Positions 15,639 through 23,271 of a stretch of 64,000 bases of DNA are shown in pieces. The stretch covers positions 64,001-128,000 of IMG/VR virus record IMGVR_UViG_3300022752_000019; one strand, 5' to 3'. The notes beneath the pieces were generated by a model. That model was not told where the DNA came from. It ran no database searches and saw only the letters and a program-made list of their open reading frames with translations. A program made the translations under genes and the position numbers. Within the stretch, counting starts at the first letter, position 1. Each line of letters starts with the position of its first letter. The stretch is from a virus.

Positions 15639-18044
15639 ATGCGCTACAAATTCGTCGATACCCCAGAGCCACTGTACATCTCCGACAAGAAAGATGCGGA
15701 GGCCACGGCTCGCGTGATGATGAAGCTGCGTTGCGTCGGGTTTGACACTGAAACCACTGGTCTCAGCAAGACCGAGGCGCGCATCAAGTTCTTCTCCTTT
15801 GGTTTCGAGGGGAAGAGATTTTGTGCTCCCGTAAGACTTCTTCCGGTCTTTCAGCCAGTGCTGGAGGATCCTCGCATCGACAAGTGCATGACGAACGCGA
15901 AGTTCGACATGCACATGGCGGCGAATCACGGAATCGAAATCCGGGGTCACATCTTTGATACCGTAGCCATGGACTGGCTACACGATGAGAACCGCCAGGG
16001 GCGGCACGGCCTCAAGCAGTGCGCAGCCGACTACCTTGGCCTCAAGATGGCCCCCTTCACACAGGTCTTCGGGTCCGTCGGAACGACGGACAAGGAGGTG
16101 GAGACTCTGTGTCGCATGCACGATGCGTTGGAAGACAACGATGCGTCTCATGCGCTGGAGATCCTCGCCCTCATCGGCCAAGTAGACATGGATCCAGACG
16201 CTCTGGAGGACATGCAGTCCGTCTCAAAGAAGCTGGCGGCTGGCCGCAAGGATCCACTGAAGCTCTACTCGGCGGTGCAAGTCCTCAAGATCGCGCGCAA
16301 GTACGGGCTCTGTCCGACGACGCGCGGCAAGGGAGGATACATCAGCGACTTTTCTGAGCTGCTCGGACTCGGCCCCGTGCCAAAGGAAGAGCGCGAAGAG
16401 TCCGCAGAGATTCTGGGTGACACCGACGCGCTGCTTGAGGCACACGAGTACATCCTCGAGACACTCGGCAAGAAGTCCACCAGTGAGTTGCCTCCGTTGG
16501 AGATGATTCGGCTCATGGTCGGAGACTATGCGTCTCTCGACGCCTGGGCGACATTCAAGCTTGTTGAGGAGCTGGAAGACAGGCTGTCGAGCGAAGACTT
16601 GCAGCCAGGAATCACACTCCTGGACTACTACAACTCCACAACTGCGGTCTTGGTTCGCATCCTGTGGATGATGGAGCGGCGCGGCTTCCAGCTTGACGTG
16701 GATGAGATCAACAAGCTCTCCCGTCCAATGCAGGCCGATATTTCGCGTCTCGAACGAGAGTTCGTGTCGATGGCGGGATGGGAAGTCAACCCGAACAGTC
16801 CAGCACAGTTGGTGGACCTGTTCTTCACGAAGAAAGGCAACCAATGGGTAGACCCCTTTGGGATGCCCCCGAGGAAGATGTCCTCGGGGGGTTCATCTGG
16901 AGTGAAGAAGCCCTCAATCTCGAAAGAGGTGATCGAGGACTGGGCCGAGAGGGGCGACCCTCGTGCGAAGATCCTTCAGGAGCACCGAGTGCTCCAGAAG
17001 CTTCACAGTACCTACATCGAGGCGTTGCCGCGCACGGTGGACGCACGGAGACGCATTCACACAGACCTAAAGGTCGCCGGAACGGTCACCGGGCGTCTGT
17101 CATCCGGAGAACCAAATCTACAGAACATCCCGGCGCGTGGTGATTGGGGACGCAGGATTCGGGAGTTCTTTGTTGCCGGCTTCTGGGGGTCTTGTGATCC
17201 TTGGTGCCTGCCAGAGGTAGAAGGAGTCCCGCTGCCGAAGTTTGCGCGAGATCAGCCCATGCGGCTAATCGTCGCGGACTATGAGCAGCTCGAGATGCGC
17301 ATCATGGCGCATATGAGTGGCGATCCAGTGATGATCGACACGATCAAGAGCGGGAAAGACCTCCACTCCATGACCGGAGCGTTGGCCGTCGGCGCCGACT
17401 ACGACGAGATTACCAAGGCGAAGAAGGCCGACAAGCCGACTCCCGACCAACTCAAGCTTCTCGAGCTTCGTAGTCAGATGAAGGCAGTCGGCTTCGGCTT
17501 GCTGTACGGCATCGGAGCTAAGAAGCTGGGAGGGCAGCTTGGGCTCAAGATGGTCAAGAAGTATGGCCGAAATGGGCAGGTCTACGATACTTGCCCGGAG
17601 GCCGAGGCACTGATCGAGAAGTACTTCTCGATCTACCCGAAGGTCGCAGAGTTCATCGAGGACACTCACTATGAGTGCGAAGAGAACCTGTATGTCTGCA
17701 CGATTCTGGGAAGGTATCGGCGGCTGCCAGATATCTTGTCAAAGGACCGTGGGTTGGCGATGCAGGCGCAGCGCCAGTCGGTTAACTCCAGAATTCAAGG
17801 TTCTGCCGCAGACATCGCCAATCAGGCGATGATTAACTGCGAGATGAGTAAGACCCTGCGCAAGCTCGGGGTGCGGATGCTGATGCAGATCCATGACGAG
17901 CTTGTATTTGAGGCCCCCGACATTCCAGAGATCATTGAGGAAGCCAAGCCGGAGATTCGCAGGTGCATGGAGAACCCCTTCCCAATGGACGTCCCCATCC
18001 TCATCTCGATGGATGACGCCCACTCCTGGGGAGAGGCCAAGTGA
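15639..18044 (+). CDS. polA: Family A DNA polymerase (3'-5' exonuclease + polymerase, no 5'-3' exonuclease)
   Basis: FDTETTG, NAKFD, YASLDA, TGRLSSGEPNLQNIP, ADYEQLEMR, RSQMKAVGFGLLYG, IQGSAAD, QIHDEL. Confidence 0.95.
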   Translation: MRYKFVDTPEPLYISDKKDAEATARVMMKLRCVGFDTETTGLSKTEARIKFFSFGFEGKRFCAPVRLLPVFQPVLEDPRIDKCMTNAKFDMHMAANHGIEIRGHIFDTVAMDWLHDENRQGRHGLKQCAADYLGLKMAPFTQVFGSVGTTDKEVETLCRMHDALEDNDASHALEILALIGQVDMDPDALEDMQSVSKKLAAGRKDPLKLYSAVQVLKIARKYGLCPTTRGKGGYISDFSELLGLGPVPKEEREESAEILGDTDALLEAHEYILETLGKKSTSELPPLEMIRLMVGDYASLDAWATFKLVEELEDRLSSEDLQPGITLLDYYNSTTAVLVRILWMMERRGFQLDVDEINKLSRPMQADISRLEREFVSMAGWEVNPNSPAQLVDLFFTKKGNQWVDPFGMPPRKMSSGGSSGVKKPSISKEVIEDWAERGDPRAKILQEHRVLQKLHSTYIEALPRTVDARRRIHTDLKVAGTVTGRLSSGEPNLQNIPARGDWGRRIREFFVAGFWGSCDPWCLPEVEGVPLPKFARDQPMRLIVADYEQLEMRIMAHMSGDPVMIDTIKSGKDLHSMTGALAVGADYDEITKAKKADKPTPDQLKLLELRSQMKAVGFGLLYGIGAKKLGGQLGLKMVKKYGRNGQVYDTCPEAEALIEKYFSIYPKVAEFIEDTHYECEENLYVCTILGRYRRLPDILSKDRGLAMQAQRQSVNSRIQGSAADIANQAMINCEMSKTLRKLGVRMLMQIHDELVFEAPDIPEIIEEAKPEIRRCMENPFPMDVPILISMDDAHSWGEAK

Positions 18045-18358
18045 ACCAGGCAGAGATGGAGAAGGAGATCGCCAAGAGAACTGGGCTGCCACTTCCCGCA
18101 GTTCAATTGGTGATCACCTCGCTCAAGGACGTAATGTCCGAAAGCCTCGGAAGGCAGCAAGATGTTGTCTTCCGAGGGCTCTTCCGGATCACAAGCACCA
18201 TTCGAGAGATCAGCTCCTTCCAGACTCGCGTTGGAGTAGACGAGCCTAAGAGGCAGACAGCGTATAAACTGGTTCTGGGAATCCACCCCGTCAAAGCGTT
18301 TCGCTCGGAGTTGAACCAATGGACAAGTACGCTGTCGTCCTCGACGACCAACACGTAA
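18041..18358 (+). CDS. HU/IHF-like DNA-binding protein
   Basis: MNQAEMEKEIAKRTGLP...ESLGRQQDVVFRGLFRI...PVKAFRSELN. Confidence 0.75.
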   Translation: MNQAEMEKEIAKRTGLPLPAVQLVITSLKDVMSESLGRQQDVVFRGLFRITSTIREISSFQTRVGVDEPKRQTAYKLVLGIHPVKAFRSELNQWTSTLSSSTTNT

Positions 18359-18510
18359 AGACCGCGATGGAAGGGCCGGGCTCGTGCCCTTCCTGCGGAT
18401 CACGCAAGGTTGACACGCGGGGACTCACCCCGATGTGTCCGAACTGTGGCACTCGCCCCTGGGAAAAGAATGCCTCCTCGCAAAGCAGCAACCGCCGAAG
18501 CGCCCGCTAA
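18319..18510 (+). CDS. Small zinc-ribbon protein
   Basis: GGAG SD; CPSCG...CPNCG; contains VKTA. Confidence 0.65.
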   Translation: MDKYAVVLDDQHVKTAMEGPGSCPSCGSRKVDTRGLTPMCPNCGTRPWEKNASSQSSNRRSAR

Positions 18511-19627
18511 TGGCGCCACCGCCGTCATCAACAAGCTGAAGAGCAAGTACCCCGGCAAGGTGTTCACCGCCGGGGAGTACACGATGCCCTGGAAGATGAA
18601 GCGCCTGCCGACGGGCGTCCTCGATCTCGACATCGCCCTGGGTGGCGGGCTGCCTGCCGGCGGCATGACGTTCCTGACCGGCAAGCAGGGAGTGGGGAAG
18701 AACTGGATGGTCAATCAGATCATCCGTCTTCACCAGGAGCGTCACGGCGCAAAGACCTCGGTCGCGGTAGTCTCGACTGAGATGGTGTACGACAAGGAGT
18801 ACGCGCGTCTTTGCGGCGTGAAGGTCTCCATGTCGGACCTTGAGATTGCAGAGCTTCGGGAGCAGTACGAGGCTCACGACGAACCGTGGCCTGCCGAGTA
18901 CGAGGCAGAGCTTCGGGAACAGGTCGGAGAGTTCGTCACTGTTCCTCCGTCCTTGGCCGAGGAGTCGCTCCAGATTGCGATTGACCTGATTGCCAGCCGC
19001 GAGTTCGACATCGTCGTCATTGACTCGTTTGGGTCACTCCTCACGGAGCACGATGATGAGTCAGAGCTTGCGGAGGCCAACCGTGTTGGAGGCGCTGCCC
19101 TCTTGAACACCAAGTTCGCGCGCAAGCTCAATGCGGCCCTTGGCCCGGATGAGTCGGGCAACCCGAACCTCACCTGCGTCATCGGTATCAACCAGGTTCG
19201 GGACAACACCGACCGCGCGAACAAGTACTCTCCCAAGACCATCGAGGCTGGTGGCTGGGCTCTCAAGCACGCGCGGTGGGTCACCATTGAGTTCTCCCCG
19301 CAGGCGAAGGTTCGTGACGGCGACCTGACCGTAGGTAAGACGGTTCGGTGGGAGATCACCAAGCAGAAGGCGGGCGGGCACGAGGGAGCCTCCGGCTCCT
19401 ACGACTACCTCTTCAAGTACACGGGCATCAACCGCGTCCAGCACTCCATCGCCGTTGCGGCGGACTACGGTGTCGTGACGCGGAAGGGCGCATGGTACAG
19501 CTACAACGGTGACCAGATCGGACAAGGTCTCGAAGGGGCCGCCAAGTTTATTGTGGAGAACGACCTTCTTCAGACGATTGAGGATGCCACCCTCAAGGCA
19601 GCGAACATCCGCTGCTCGTACGGGTGA
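18470..19627 (+). CDS. recA: RecA/UvsX recombinase
   Basis: PTGVLDLDIALGGGLPAG, GKQGVGKN, VVIDS, INQVR, GGWALKH, KGAWYSYNGDQIGQG. Confidence 0.9.
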   Translation: MPPRKAATAEAPANGATAVINKLKSKYPGKVFTAGEYTMPWKMKRLPTGVLDLDIALGGGLPAGGMTFLTGKQGVGKNWMVNQIIRLHQERHGAKTSVAVVSTEMVYDKEYARLCGVKVSMSDLEIAELREQYEAHDEPWPAEYEAELREQVGEFVTVPPSLAEESLQIAIDLIASREFDIVVIDSFGSLLTEHDDESELAEANRVGGAALLNTKFARKLNAALGPDESGNPNLTCVIGINQVRDNTDRANKYSPKTIEAGGWALKHARWVTIEFSPQAKVRDGDLTVGKTVRWEITKQKAGGHEGASGSYDYLFKYTGINRVQHSIAVAADYGVVTRKGAWYSYNGDQIGQGLEGAAKFIVENDLLQTIEDATLKAANIRCSYG

Positions 19628-20088
19628 GTAAGAGACCGACCTGCCCGCACTGTGGCGGAATCACACTGGCCCCGTGGTCGCTTGGAAAGATCCGTTGCCG
19701 TACTTGCGGCCGGGCTTTCCAGCGCCACGAGGTTCAGTCTGAGGAGTACGTTCCTCAGAATCCGCGCGGAAGCAGGAGCACGCGAGTGCAGGCTGAGAAG
19801 CAGGAAAGGCGAGTCGCGCGAGACCTCGGCGCTCGTCAAACCATTGCGTCCGGACAGACTCCCGTCGACAAGGCCGACGTAAAGTCGGACCTTCTTCGAG
19901 TGGAGTGCAAATACACGGATAACAAGTCATACTCTTTAAAGGTGGAGGACTTAGTCAAGGTCGCATCACAGGCGACAGGGGATCAAATCCCCTTGTTCTA
20001 TGTTGAATTCCGGGCAAACGGAGAAGCCTACTACGTCGTCCCGGAACATTGGTTCCTGCTGCTCTTGGAGAAGTTCAAAGATGATTAG
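19624..20088 (+). CDS. Hjc-like PD-(D/E)XK Holliday junction resolvase with zinc ribbon
   Basis: CPHC/CRTC; QERRVAR..GA...ASG....KADV.....VECKYT. Confidence 0.75.
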   Translation: MSKRPTCPHCGGITLAPWSLGKIRCRTCGRAFQRHEVQSEEYVPQNPRGSRSTRVQAEKQERRVARDLGARQTIASGQTPVDKADVKSDLLRVECKYTDNKSYSLKVEDLVKVASQATGDQIPLFYVEFRANGEAYYVVPEHWFLLLLEKFKDD

Positions 20089-20893
20089 AACAATCAAGGA
20101 TCTTGAGGGCCTCGACGCAAAAGAGATCGAGGCAGCGCGCTCGGCCATCAACATGCGTGGCCTGTATTACATGGGCGTCAAGCGCCTGGGTACGCAGCAA
20201 GGCATGACCCTCGATCAGTACACGGAGTGGAAGGCTCTGCCCGCAGCCGAGCCCTGTCGGGCTTGCCACGGCACGGGACTCTGGAAGAGTCCGGAAAGGA
20301 GCGTGGGCACCATTCACGCAAGTTCTTCTGCGTCGTGTGTGCGAAGGCTGTACTACGACGTGGACGGCTCTCTTCAGCCGAAGTCGAACATAAGCCCGGA
20401 GCTTCAGATTACCTTTGCGATGGGTCACGCGATTCACGATGTCGTGCAGAGGGCCCTTCACAAGGCGCTGCCTGGCAAGTTCCAGGACGAGATGACCGTC
20501 GACTTGGATGAGGCGATGGTCCTTGGGAGCCACACGGACGGCGTTGCCGAGCTTGAGCACGCGCGTGTTCTGATTGAGATCAAGTCGATTGGCAAGGAGT
20601 TCGACACGCTCACGAAGCCAAAGGACGAGCACATCACGCAGGCGGTTGCGATCTACGCCAAGGCGCTCGACGTCCCGTTCATCAGCTTCCTGTACGTGTC
20701 CAAGTCCTGGCCCCACAACGTGAAGGAGTTCGTCATGGTGTATGACGAGAAGTACTTCAAGCGGTGGTGGAAGAGCAAGGGCAGCGTCGTGGACATGGCA
20801 CTCGAAACTGGAGAGCCTCCGATTGCGGACGCATCAAAGGACGACTGCTCCATGTGTCCATATTCCTACTGCTGCCCGCAGGTTCTGAGGTAG
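20081..20893 (+). CDS. Cas4/RecB-like PD-(D/E)XK exonuclease
   Basis: ASCVRRLYY, GHAIH, HTDG, IEIKS, QAVAIY, C-terminal CSMCPYSYCC. Confidence 0.85.
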   Translation: MIRTIKDLEGLDAKEIEAARSAINMRGLYYMGVKRLGTQQGMTLDQYTEWKALPAAEPCRACHGTGLWKSPERSVGTIHASSSASCVRRLYYDVDGSLQPKSNISPELQITFAMGHAIHDVVQRALHKALPGKFQDEMTVDLDEAMVLGSHTDGVAELEHARVLIEIKSIGKEFDTLTKPKDEHITQAVAIYAKALDVPFISFLYVSKSWPHNVKEFVMVYDEKYFKRWWKSKGSVVDMALETGEPPIADASKDDCSMCPYSYCCPQVLR

Positions 20894-20896
20894 AGC

Positions 20897-21445
20897 ATGA
20901 GCAAGAGAGCACCCACTGACTTCACCGTCACTCTCGAGGAGGGAGAGGAGATGTACTCGGGGGCCAGTGAGCGCGCCCTCGAGCGCATCGAGAAGCTCGG
21001 TCTTGAGATTCCGCAGAGGCCCGTTGACTCGGACGGCAACCCGTTCGACGGCAGGCTGCCATCGAACGTGGCGGACTTTACGACGCGCGAATTAGCAGAG
21101 ATCTACACGTTGATGTGCAACTATGCAGACTACCTTGAGAACGTCTGCACAGTCGCACGCGCAGAGTCTCTCAACTGCGAGCGGCGCCTGAAGCTGACCA
21201 AGGCACTTGTCCGTAAGGGCAAGCCTGGGACGGCCCAGGAGAAGGATGACCTCTGCTTGGCAGACGTCCGCTACATCGAAGCCGATGTGGCGTTTGTCGA
21301 AGCAGCGACCTACCTCGAGCTGCTTGAGGGGCTGTCCAAGGCTGCGTCTCGGGACCGCCAGGTCCTCTCTCGTCTCATCGAGACGAAGAAAATGGAGATC
21401 GACAACAAGCGGAGAGACCACAACGCGAGGAGCTACCGTGTCTGA
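20897..21445 (+). CDS. Helical protein, possibly UvsY-like recombination mediator
   Basis: All-helical with TAQEKDDLCLADVRY pattern; in the recA cluster. Confidence 0.45.
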   Translation: MSKRAPTDFTVTLEEGEEMYSGASERALERIEKLGLEIPQRPVDSDGNPFDGRLPSNVADFTTRELAEIYTLMCNYADYLENVCTVARAESLNCERRLKLTKALVRKGKPGTAQEKDDLCLADVRYIEADVAFVEAATYLELLEGLSKAASRDRQVLSRLIETKKMEIDNKRRDHNARSYRV

Positions 21446-21899
21446 TGTACTGGAACTCGACGTCCCGTTCCTGCCTCCCTCAGAGAACAGGATCCGCGTG
21501 CATCGCCGGCAAGGAGGACAGGTCTACAGCAAGGAGGCCCGAGACTTTCAGACCCTCTTTGGGCAGCACGTCCTTCGGCAGCACTTCAACGACATCGCAT
21601 CGTTCGTAGCGGAGCATCGACACACGCACATCTACTCGGTCTCAATGAAGTTTCGCTTCGAGACCCTGGTGAACGCGGGCTGGGTTAAAAACAAGGCCAA
21701 AACGCTCTATAAGAAAACTGACGTGGGAAATCGTCGTAAGTTGATCGAGGACTGTCTTTCGAGCGCACTTGGTGTGATCGATGACTCCCTCTTCTTCGAC
21801 CTCCGTCTCACGAAGGTGATGTCTCCTGATCCCGGAGTGGAAATTGTTCTTCAACGGGTCCGAGACGTAGAGACGTTTGGACTTCCCCATGTCGGATGA
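21438..21899 (+). CDS. RusA-like Holliday junction resolvase
   Basis: GTG with GAGGAG SD; PPSEN, DVGNRRKLIEDCL, IDDSLFFDLRLTK. Confidence 0.8.
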   Translation: MSDVLELDVPFLPPSENRIRVHRRQGGQVYSKEARDFQTLFGQHVLRQHFNDIASFVAEHRHTHIYSVSMKFRFETLVNAGWVKNKAKTLYKKTDVGNRRKLIEDCLSSALGVIDDSLFFDLRLTKVMSPDPGVEIVLQRVRDVETFGLPHVG

Positions 21900-22182
21900 A
21901 TACAACAAATCCGAGCTCATTGAGCTCTTGCGCGAAGAAGGTCACGGGAATATAAGTCGTGCAAATGGCATCCCGAGACTGATTGACACGCTGGAAGGAG
22001 AGGCCAAAGCGGTCGCATGCCCTTTGGAGGAACGACGGCGCGCGATGGAGAAACACATCGAGCGTAACTGGCGGCGCATCCGCACCCAGTTGCCTCGGTG
22101 CAACGGCAAATGCACGAAATTTGGATGTCCAGACGCCATCGTCATTGGCTGCTGGCTCAGATTCAAGGACGAGATGATATGA
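21889..22182 (+). CDS. Hypothetical protein (HeH-like N-terminus, Cys-rich C-terminus)
   Basis: NKSELIELLREEG; CNGKCTKFGCP. Confidence 0.65.
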   Translation: MSDEYNKSELIELLREEGHGNISRANGIPRLIDTLEGEAKAVACPLEERRRAMEKHIERNWRRIRTQLPRCNGKCTKFGCPDAIVIGCWLRFKDEMI

Positions 22183-23099
22183 CCTGGGAGCCTTGCGTCA
22201 CCTGCGCACGGCTGACCAGGTGCACAGAGGTCGACCACAATCTCCTTGAAGAAGGAGGGGGTTGCTCTCTTCACGAGCCTGTGCACGAGGGTGTTACACG
22301 CGCCCGCCTTCGTGTCATTGACGAATTCGGCGCAGTAGCCATACCAACCAAGAAGAACTTAAAGGACGGAATCATCACGATGGCTGGTTCTCTCTCCGCA
22401 ACGGCGGCAAGCAAGCGCAATCTCCGTGCCCTCGGCAAGACCCTGGGCGTCATTCCGCGCGGAGGCGCTTCATTCAAGCTCTCGGCCGAGGAGCTGTGCG
22501 CGATGATCAAGGAGAGCGGCGATCCTCGCTTCGCCGCGCTCGAGAAGATGACGGACGAGGAAGTGGACGCCCTCACCACCGAACTTGGCGGTGGTGAGGA
22601 AGGTGAGGAGGCCGCGGCCCCCGCTGCGAAGCCCGAGCCGGCCAAGCCGGCGCCGGCTGCGGCCAAGCCCGCTCCTGCCCCGAAAGCGGCGGCCAAGCCC
22701 GCGGCCAAGCCGGCTCCGGTCGAAGAAGAGGAGGTCGAGGAGGAAGAGGAGCCTGCTCCCAAGCGTCCGGTGCGTCAGCCGGTTCGCACGGCCGAGCCGA
22801 CCGAGCCCGCGCGTCAGCCCGATGCTGGCGTGCGTCGTCCGGTTCCTCGTCAGGTGGCAACTCCGGCTGCCGCTTCGGCAGGCGCTCCCTCGGCAGACCT
22901 CTCCGAGCTGCGTGAGATGGTTCTCCTCATCGGCAAGACGGGCGACGCCCGCGATGTCGTGCTGAAGAAGCTCTCGGCCGCAGTCGAGAACCTCACCGAG
23001 AAGATCGAGGCGATCGACGGCTACCTCGCCTTCCGCTACTCGGAGGAGGCAGGACCGGGAAACGAGATCAAGTCGCTGACCGAGGTCAGTTGGCGGTAG
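22179..23099 (+). CDS. Hypothetical protein with Pro/Ala/Lys- and Glu-rich linker and C-terminal coiled coil (second possible start at 22380)
   Basis: ATGA coupling; PAAKP repeats; strong codon bias after 22380. Confidence 0.75.
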   Translation: MTWEPCVTCARLTRCTEVDHNLLEEGGGCSLHEPVHEGVTRARLRVIDEFGAVAIPTKKNLKDGIITMAGSLSATAASKRNLRALGKTLGVIPRGGASFKLSAEELCAMIKESGDPRFAALEKMTDEEVDALTTELGGGEEGEEAAAPAAKPEPAKPAPAAAKPAPAPKAAAKPAAKPAPVEEEEVEEEEEPAPKRPVRQPVRTAEPTEPARQPDAGVRRPVPRQVATPAAASAGAPSADLSELREMVLLIGKTGDARDVVLKKLSAAVENLTEKIEAIDGYLAFRYSEEAGPGNEIKSLTEVSWR

Positions 23100-23236
23100 T
23101 CGAGATTCTCGAGGATCGACTGGAGTCAATGGGGCTTCAGGAGATCTTCGAGATCCTCATGGCTGGCGGATATCGCGTCGATAAGAAGGCGACTCTTGAG
23201 GAGATGAAGCGCCTTCTCATCAGCCTGACTGCCTGA
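23090..23236 (+). CDS. 48-aa HeH-like protein (below ORF-track cutoff)
   Basis: GAGG SD and TTG start; MAVVEILEDRLESMGLQEIFEILMAGGYRVDKKATLEEMKRLLISLTA; ends just before the terminator. Confidence 0.6.
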   Translation: MAVVEILEDRLESMGLQEIFEILMAGGYRVDKKATLEEMKRLLISLTA

Positions 23237-23239
23237 CCT

Positions 23240-23271
23240 GGGCCCCCTCGAGAGAGGGGGCCCTTCTTTTT
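23240..23271 (+). terminator. Intrinsic terminator at convergence of replication and tail operons
   Basis: GGGCCCCCTC-gaga-GAGGGGGCCC-TTCTTTTT. Confidence 0.85.

Noticed and set aside
14389-15672. 427-aa minus ORF, and similar long antisense ORFs at 48263-49300, 58333-59292, 25874-26872 and 38648-39568
   Set aside because: Shadows of GC3-biased genes on the other strand, with no recognisable motifs.
20081-20893. CRISPR-Cas locus suggested by the Cas4-like gene
   Set aside because: No repeat-spacer array or other cas genes seen; standalone Cas4-like nucleases are common in phage replication modules.
22615-22720. GCCAAGCC short repeats, and 12-bp repeats at 2731-2772, as iterons or DNA elements
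   Set aside because: Explained by low-complexity PAAKP and AAAQ protein linkers.
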